NCBI GenBank assembly: GCA_002269645.1
Contig: NIVC01005043.1
Coordinates: 1 to 27,964, forward strand
Reading direction: 5' to 3'
DNA: 27,964 nt
DNA from: Macrostomum lignano
Lineage: Eukaryota
Shown here: piece by piece, positions 20,799 through 27,964 of the stretch
How the letters are laid out: each line of letters starts with the position of its first letter
Numbering within the stretch: the stretch's first letter is position 1
Notes under the pieces: model-generated
What the model was told of the DNA's origin: nothing
The model's database searches: none
The model's input: only the letters and a program-made list of their open reading frames with translations
Made by a program: the position numbers and the translations under genes

Positions 20799-23700
20799 TC
20801 ACATGTACGCCAGCCAACCGATGTACATCCGTGACAGCCGCTCCACGCTGCAGGCCTCCCGCACCAGGAAGTCAACCTGGCCGGGCACGGACAGCGAGGC
20901 CTGGGTGAACTCCTGGCCGGAGGCGCGCAGCTCCTGGTGCGGCAGCAGGTCGCGCGAGTGCATGACCCCCGCCAGGCGCTCCTCGATTCGGCGCAGCTTC
21001 TCGATGGCGCGGCGCTCCGCGCTGGAGGCGTCCGAAGCGCCGGAGCCGCAGGCGCCATGCGCCGCTCCGGCGCCACCAGCCGCTGCGGCCGGCGGACCGT
21101 CCAGACAGGAGACGTCGGCGGCGAAGTTCTGATGGCGCGGCTTCATCCAATCGACGATTGGGTCGAAGGCCAGCGGGCGAAGGACGGCCACCAGAGGCCG
21201 GGCCTCGCGCCGCATGAGGCTCAGGGTCGACTCGCAGGCTCGCCTGAAGACGCCCTCGACTCCAGTGGCGCCCATCGCGTCAATCATGTTGTGCGTCAAT
21301 CGGAACGGGACCACTTCCGGTACCGGAAATAGCAGGCCCTGCGGTGGGTGCGGGTGCATAGAGGTACTTTAAAAGTACACCTAGTAAAAGTACATCTAGT
21401 AAAAGTACATCTAGTGAAAGTACATCTAGTGAAAGTACATCTAGTGAAAGTACATCTAGTGAAAGTACATCTAGCGAAAGTACATCTAGTAAAAGTACAC
21501 AGTTAGCCACCTGATTAAACAAGCAGTTGAAGTCGCAGTGCACCAGATGCCCGCTGGTGGAGTCCAGCAGCAAATTCTCGCAGTGCCGATCGCCCAGCCC
21601 CATGACGTAGCCAATGATGCTCATGACCGCGGCGGACCTGGCGTAGGTCATGCGAGCCCGCAGCCAGGACCCGGGGTCCGGGAAGGCGGCCAGGAACCAC
21701 TCGGAGAACACCGGCTTGTAATTGGTGTCCCTGAACTCCGCGAACAGGGCCGCCCGAGCCTGCGCGGTGATTGACGGGTCCTGGAACTTCTTGTAGGCGG
21801 CGTGGATGGCCTCCACCGGCAGGCCAGCGCCCTTCTCAGCGTAGAGCTTCTCAAGGAGTCGGCGATAGGCCTCGGTGTGCGGCACCCACTCGATGAGGCC
21901 GCTCTGCTCAGACAGCGGCACCACGGCGTAGGTGCGAATTCGGAGCTGCTTATTGGCGGACTCCGGGTCTTTGAGCAGAGCCCGGTTCAGGAAATTGCAC
22001 AGCTCGACAAAGCTGGGGAAGGGATTAGGGATTATTGTATGAGAGCCTTGGAATATTGCAATATCCATTTCTTGCTATCAGGCACTGATAAATAGGGGGG
22101 GGGGCAAACTTATGGCAGCCGAAAGTTAGTCAATTTTAAAACCCATTTTTCCACATCTAGCCAGATAAGGGAAGGAAAGAGAGGCGGAGGTTGGGGTGGC
22201 TGTCTCGATGACAAAAGCAGACTAACTTGAAAAGTGCACAGCTTTGGTCATGGCTGCGGGCCAGATGAGAGGGGAACTTAAAGGGGATAGAGGGAAAAGG
22301 TGATAAAACATGAGATGAGAGAGAACAAAAGAGAGAGTTCAAGGGAGAGAGTAAAGAAAGAATAGAGGAGAGGAGAGAAGACGAGAGGAGATGTGATAGC
22401 TTGGCCTGCGTGCGCGCTGGGGGCGGGGCTAGGTTGGGTTGTTTTGCTCTCTCTCTCTCTCTCTCGCTGCATGTACTTGCTAGCGCGGGTTGGGGGGTGC
22501 GGTGGGTATGCCGATCGATAACAAATAGTTAATATAAAGCAGGCTTTTTAGCCGGTAAAGTTTTTCGTGCTTTTGAGCTAAAATAAAGTTTTGTCTTGAC
22601 TTTATTTCGCTGGCGACGAGGATGGCCACTGGGCCACTGTGTAGCATAGGGCCGTTTGAGCCTGAGACGGAGGACTGGTCGCAATACAAGGAGCGCATCG
22701 AACAAGTGTTCATTGCAAACGAAATCGAAAGCGAAGAGAAGAAGCGAGCGGTATTCCTCAGCGTGTGCGGCAAGGACACCTATAGGCTTGTCACCAGTCT
22801 TCTGGCCCCAGTTAAGCCTTCAGAGGCTTCCTTCGCTAACATCTGCGAAAAGCTTGACGATCACTGGGACCCAAAGCCGTCAGAGATCGTGCAAAGGTTC
22901 CACTTCTACCAGCGCGTTCGAGAGAGCTCGGAGTCCGTGGCCGACTTCCTGGCGGCACTGCGGCGTTTGGCTGTCCACTGCAACTTCGGTAACAGTTTGA
23001 GCACCATGCTGAGAGATCGTCTGGTGCTTGGCATCCAGGATGATCGCATACAGCGCAGACTCCTGTCCGAGACAGAGTTGGACCTGGACAGAGCACTGGC
23101 GATCTCCCAGGCGGTGGAGCTGGCAACCAAGGGCTGCAACTTGGTCAAGGGCTCGTCCTCAGGAACCCCGCAAACCGCCTCGGCAGCATCGGTAGACCAA
23201 GTCGGCCAGACCACTGCGGTAGCGACTCAGCGACCTGCAAAAAGGTGCTACAGGTGTCTGTCAGCGAAACACCTGGCGGCGAAGTGCCCATTCATGAAGA
23301 AGGCCTGTTTCAAGTGCGGCAAGATGGGGCACACCGCTGCAGCCTTCGAGGAGGCTCGGATTCGGCTGGAGCTGAGCCGCGGTCGCAAGTCGCCGCTGTG
23401 GAGGAGGAAAGCCAAGACTGCGGCTCCCTGAACACCTTGCCCAGTGCAGCTGCCAAGGTACCGCCGTACATCACCACAGTCCTGCTCAACGGAGTGTCCT
23501 GCCAGATGGAGATCGACACGGGCGCGGCGGTATCGCTGATATCGGCTAGAGCCTATCACGACCTGCTGGGCGGGGCTCCTGAGCTCGAGCGGACCCCGAT
23601 TCGACTGCGGAACTACTGCGGACAGCCGGTCAGTGTACTCGGTCAGATCAGCGTGTCTGCAGAGTTTCCAGGTAAAGCCAAGCAGCTTCTTCCTCTTCTA

Positions 23701-26700
23701 GTGGTATCTGGATCCGGGTCCAGCCTCATCGGTAGGAACTGGCTGGCTGTACTGCCGTTGAATTGGGGGAGCGTCAAGCAGCTGCACGAAGCGTCGGCTC
23801 CAAAGGATCAGCAAGTGCAGAAGTTGCTAGAGAGGTTCAGCTCCGTTTTCTCGAGTGGCCTCGGCTGCTACACGGGTGAACCTCTGAAACTGCGAGTGAA
23901 GCCCGGGGCGCGACCCAAGTTCATGAAGGCGCGGCAGGTACCTTTCGCTTTGAAGTCCAAAGTGGAAGAGCAGCTCGAGCGGGAGATCCAGCAGGGCATT
24001 CTGCGGCCGGTCTCCGATTCGGAGTATGCGTCCCCAATCGTGCCGGTACTGAAGTCGGACGGCTCCGTCAGAATCTGCGCAGATTTCAAGTGCACAGTAA
24101 ACCAGGACGTGGAGATGGACTGCTACCCGCTGCCAAGGATTGAGGAGTTGTTCGCCAAGCTCACCGGCGGCCAAAAGTTCACCAAGCTGGACCTCAGCCA
24201 GGCATACATGCAGCTTCCGCTCGACGAAGAGTCTCAGCGCTTGTGCACCATCAACACCTCGAAGGGTTTGCTGAGGTATACAAGGCTACCGTTTGGAATC
24301 TCACCAGCAGTTGGAATCTTCCAGAGAACCATGGACGGCCTGCTGCATGGTGCACAGCATACGGCAACCTTTATTGATGACGTGTTGGTGACCGGCGCCG
24401 ATGACGCTGAGCACCTCGAGAATCTGGAGACCGTCCTGCAGCGCCTGAAGGATGCCGGGCTGAAGTGCCGGCTTGACAAATGCCGCTTCATGGAGAATTC
24501 GGTGACTTATTTGGGGCATCGGATTGACGCCCAGGGCCTACATCCGATGAGTGACAAGGTCAACGCGATCGTTGACGCGCCGATGCCAAAGGACGTCACG
24601 CAGTTGCGCAGTTTCTTGGGCCTCCTCAACTATTACGGCCGGTTTCTGCCGAACCTGTCCAGCGTTCTGGCTCCTCTGCACCGGCTTCTCGAGAAAGGAA
24701 CTGTCTGGCGATGGGGCGAAGCGCAGTCCGATGCTTTCCGGCGCAGCAAGGAGCTGCTATTGAGCTCGCAGGCGCTTGTCCATTTCGACGTCAAAAAGGA
24801 GGTGATTCTGGAGTGTGATAGTTCGCCATACGGGGTCGGGGCCGTCATCTGCCACCGGATTGATGGCCTTGAAAGGCCGATTGCCTTCGCGTCCCGATCG
24901 CTCGCCGACGCCGAGAGGAACTATTCGCAGACAGAGAAGGAAGCCCTGGCGATCATTTTTGGGATCAAGCACTTCCACGCCTACCTCTATGGCAAAACCT
25001 TTGAGCTCAAGAGCGACCACAAGCCGCTACTGGGCCTGCTACACGAGAGCAAGGCCATTCCACCACTGGCTTCGGCTAGGATCCAGCGTTGGGCTCTGCT
25101 GCTTTCGAACTACTCGTATCGACTGCAGTATCGCAAGGGAACTTCGCTACTGCGGGCTGACGCTCTGAGTCGGCTGCCGCTGCCGACGAAGTCAGTGGAG
25201 ACGCCGTCACCAGCTGAGGTAGTGCTGCTCATCGATGCGTTCAATGAGGGACCCGTGACGGCTGCTCAAGTTCGCGGCTGGACAAGAAAGGACCCGCTGC
25301 TCAGTCGAGTGCTGCGGCTCGTGCAAGGTGGATGGCCGGAGCGTCCTCGGCTGGATGCGGAACTGCAGCCGTACGCAGTTAGGGCGGCAGAGCTGAGCTT
25401 GGAGGACGGCTGCCTGCTGTGGGGCAACCGTGTGATTGTGCCGGTTCAGGGTCGACAAGCACTGCTCGATTGTCTACATCAGAGCCACCAAGGAGCTTCT
25501 AGGATGAAGTCTCTGGCCCGAGGATATTTCTGGTGGCCGGGATTGGACCGGGACATCGAGAAGCTGTCGCAGAACTGCGGCGAGTGCCAGCGTCATCAGA
25601 ACTGCCCGCCGCCAGCCCTCCTGCAGCCGTGGCCGTGGCCGGACAAGCCGTGGTCCCGGATCCACCTGGACTACGCTGGACCAGTCGAGGGAAAAATGCT
25701 GTTAGTACTGGTGGACGCTCATTCGAAATGGATTGAAGTCCACATTTGCCAGTCCGCCACCAGTGCTGCCACCATCGATCGGCTAAGAAGGACTTTCAGT
25801 CAGCTGGGACTGCCTGAGGTCGTAGTGAGCGACAACGGTCCGAATTTCGTGAGCCAAGAGATGAGCAACTTCTTGGCCAGTAACGGCATCCGGCATATCA
25901 AAGTGGCTCCATATCATCCATCGTCCAACGGATTGGCCGAGCGAGCGGTCCAGACGGTGAAGGCGGCCCTGGCGAAGGGGCGGCCGGCGTCCCTGCAGTT
26001 TCGGCTAGCTCGTTTCCTGCTGACCTACCGGGTCACTCCACACAGCACAACTGGTGCTCCACCCTGCCAGCTGATGATGGGCAGGCAGCTGCGGACGCTT
26101 CTAGACATTGTGCGGCCCGATGTCTCGGCTACAGTCAGGCGCAGCCAGGACTCGCAAAAGGAGTACCACGACCTGCGAGCCAGGGATCGCAACTTCGAAG
26201 AAGGCGACGGTGTCCTGGTGCGCGACTTCAACGGTCCGGAGAAGTGGGCGCCGGCCTCCGTGAGTCGCCAGACCGGGCCGCTGTCCTACGAGTGCCGCCT
26301 GCCCGACGAGCGCATCGTGCGGCGGCATGCCGACCACCTGGTGCCGGCGACAATCTCACCTGAGCAAGCTGCGGGATCGGCTCAGTCAGGTGGGGCGGCG
26401 CCACAGCTTCTGACTCCGTCAGTGACAACGTCTGAAGCGCCACCGCCGTCGCTGCCGCCGCCGCCGCTGCCGCCCCCGATGCTGCGGCGTTCGGAGAGGA
26501 CTACAAGGGCACCGGTTCGACTGACCTACGAGTGAACTTGATCTGACAGTGACTGACAGTTTTTTTTGGGTGTTGGTTTTTTTTTTTTTTTTTTTTGTTG
26601 TTGCAAGTTCTGTTGCTTTTGTCTTGGCATGGAGGGATGTGATAGCTTGGCCTGCGTGCGCGCTGGGGGCGGGGCTAGGTTGGGTTGTTTTGCTCTCTCT

Positions 26701-27716
26701 CTCTCTCTCTCGCTGCATGTACTTGCTAGCGCGGGTTGGGGGGTGCGGTGGGTATGCCGATCGATAACAAATAGTTAATATAAAGCAGGCTTTTTAGCCG
26801 GTAAAGTTTTTCGTGCTTTTGAGCTAAAATAAAGTTTTGTCTTGACTTTATTTCAGGAGAGTTGATAGATAAGATAGTACAGATTAGAGATGAGAGTAGA
26901 GTTAGAGATGAGAGGGTAGAGAGGAGAGAGTCGACAATAGAGAGAAGAGAGAAGAGAGAGAAAATAGGAGAGATAAGAGAGGAGAGAGGAGAGGAGAGAA
27001 AAGCAGAGAGAGAGAGGAGAGGGGAGATAGGAGAGAGAAGAGAATATAGAGGAGGGTTAAGAGGGTGGAAAAAGAGAGGAGAGACGACAAAAATACGGGG
27101 AGGACAGAGGGGCACTGACCCCGCAGCTGGCACTGAGATGGGAGGGGCCCTGCCCTGACGTTTGAGACTATTGCTTAAACTCGAGAGCCTGAAATTCATT
27201 GAGAGCCATCCAGGGGAGGTCAAGGAGGTCGGCACAGGCACGCGCTCCCATAGGACGTACAGCGGCCCTGACTTTCGGACATGTCAATCAATGCAGCTCA
27301 CCGGCAGTCCTTGCGCAGGTCGTCCTCCGGCTTGCACAGGAACAGGTACGAGCTGCCGTCCGTGCCCTGGAACCGGACCTTCTTCGGCCGCACCATCGAG
27401 CCCAGCACGGTGATGCTGTCCGCCAGCCGCTGGATGAACACCCGGCGGGCGGGGAAGGCGTTGAATCCGGCCTCGCCGCCGGCTGGAGCTCTGCCGGCTG
27501 TCGCCTGCGGCTGGGCGGCCAGCGGCGGCGGACCGCTAGGAGGGTGGCGCATAGAAGCCGCTGCGTTGGCAGCAAAATCTGCGAGGCCGTGGAAAAGAAG
27601 GTCGCCAGGCCGGGTGCGCACTGGGCCAGCAGCATCGAGCTGGAGGTCGGCTTGCTGCAGCACAGAGCCACCAGCTGGTCGCCCAGGGACTGCATGTCCT
27701 GCACCAGGCGGCGGAG
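20799..27716 (-). CDS. ATR: ATR (Mec1/Rad3) PIKK serine/threonine kinase, 3' part; exons 27716-27302 (1-bp frameshift near 27540), 22012-21511, 21338-20799; upstream exons lie beyond the window
   Basis: RPKKV..GTDG..Y..LCKPEDDLRKDCR, RIRTYAVVPL..SGLIEWV, GLGDRHCEN, VHCDFNCLFN, VPEVVPFRLTHNM and the FATC end MYIGWLAYM* are ATR-specific motifs. Introns 27301-22013 (phase 2) and 21510-21339 (phase 0) are GT-AG. Confidence 0.9.
21371..21499. repeat. 15-bp minisatellite (GAAAGTACATCTAGT)n in the last ATR intron
   Basis: About 8-9 tandem copies. Confidence 0.9.
22392..22609 (+). repeat. 5' LTR (218 bp, TG...CG)
   Basis: Identical to 26638-26855 except the last base; contains TATAAA, AATAAA and (CT)9. 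Confidence 0.95.
22611..22625 (+). other. Primer-binding site complementary to the tRNA-Ser(GCU) 3' end
   Basis: TGGCGACGAGGATGG is the reverse complement of CCAUCCUCGUCGCCA, the recalled 3' end of eukaryotic tRNA-Ser(GCU). The gag ATG (22622) lies inside it. Confidence 0.8.
22622..26535 (+). CDS. Retrotransposon gag-pol polyprotein (Gag with two CCHC knuckles, aspartic protease, RT, RNase H, integrase), split by a 1-bp frameshift at ~23345
   Basis: ORFs 22622-23431 and 23245-26535. Motifs: CYRCLSAKHLAAKC, EIDTGAAVS, FIDD, DSSPYGVG/YSQTEKEALA/SDHKPL, H..H..C..C, and integrase D-D-E (IHLDY, SDNG, NGLAERAVQ). Confidence 0.93.
26638..26855 (+). repeat. 3' LTR (218 bp, TG...CA)
   Basis: Preceded by the purine tract GGAGGGA; followed by TSD GGAGA. 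Confidence 0.95.
26856..27090. repeat. GA-rich low-complexity tract (continuous with ~22300-22391 before the LTR insertion)
   Basis: Purine-rich GAGA-type sequence on both flanks of the element. Confidence 0.85.
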
Positions 27717-27777
27717 CTGGTAGGGGGTGGGAGATGGAGCTGCGTCTGTTAGTAATGCTGCAGTGACGCAGTTCATC

Positions 27778-27964
27778 CCACCCAGTCAGGACCCATCCCA
27801 CCCAGTCCCAACCCAATCCCCACCCAGTCAGCACCCATCCCACCCAGTCAGCACCCATCCCACCCAGTCCCAACCCAATCCCCACCCAGTCAGCACCCAT
27901 CCCACCCAGTCAGGACCCATCCCACCCAGTCCCAACCCAATCCCCACCCAGTCAGCACCCATCC
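27778..27964. repeat. 20/22-bp minisatellite (CCCACCCAGTCAGCACCCAT / CCCACCCAGTCCCAACCCAATC) in an ATR intron, running off the window
   Basis: Alternating related units read directly. Confidence 0.9.

Larger units (their letters stand above)
22392..26855 (+). mobile_element. Full-length Ty3/gypsy LTR retrotransposon (Mag-like), 4,464 bp, antisense within an ATR intron
   Basis: Two 218-bp LTRs, 5-bp TSD GGAGA (22387-22391 and 26856-26860), PBS, short purine tract, and gag-PR-RT-RH-IN domain order. Confidence 0.97.

Noticed and set aside
22410-22510. G-quadruplex in the LTR U3 region
   Set aside because: Each cluster has only three G>=3 tracts, with a long gap to the next, so the support is weak.
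20755-27776. Antisense and alternative-frame ORFs overlapping ATR, pol, lipin, the sHSP and EXOC3
   Set aside because: These are expected shadows of GC-rich coding sequence with few off-frame stops, and carry no recognisable motifs.

Overview
Eukaryotic (metazoan) genomic DNA: GC-rich spliced exons separated by introns that are largely filled with private minisatellites. A free-living flatworm such as Macrostomum is my inference, based on the GC-rich codons, repeat-filled introns and a two-domain small HSP. Six host genes were reconstructed by hand from splice sites and phase. In order they are: the 3' part of EXOC3/Sec6 (+); a 5-exon, 505-aa orphan gene with a possible degenerate KH-like domain and a tRNA-derived SINE in intron 4 (+); a small heat-shock protein with two alpha-crystallin domains and a perfect HSE upstream (-); an ERI3-like DEDDh exonuclease with an in-frame TAA (+); a compact lipin (-); and the 3' kinase/FATC part of ATR, with a 1-bp frameshift in one exon (-). 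One ATR intron holds a very young 4,464-bp Ty3/gypsy (Mag-like) LTR retrotransposon in antisense. It has 218-bp LTRs, a GGAGA target-site duplication, a tRNA-Ser(GCU) PBS and a gag-pol broken by one missing base. The AT-rich divergent intergenic region (about 10.9-13.7 kb) holds three hAT-type MITEs with 8-bp TSDs and a 729-bp whole-length foldback element. There is no CRISPR array, rRNA or intact tRNA. All protein assignments rest on recalled motif similarity, not database searches.
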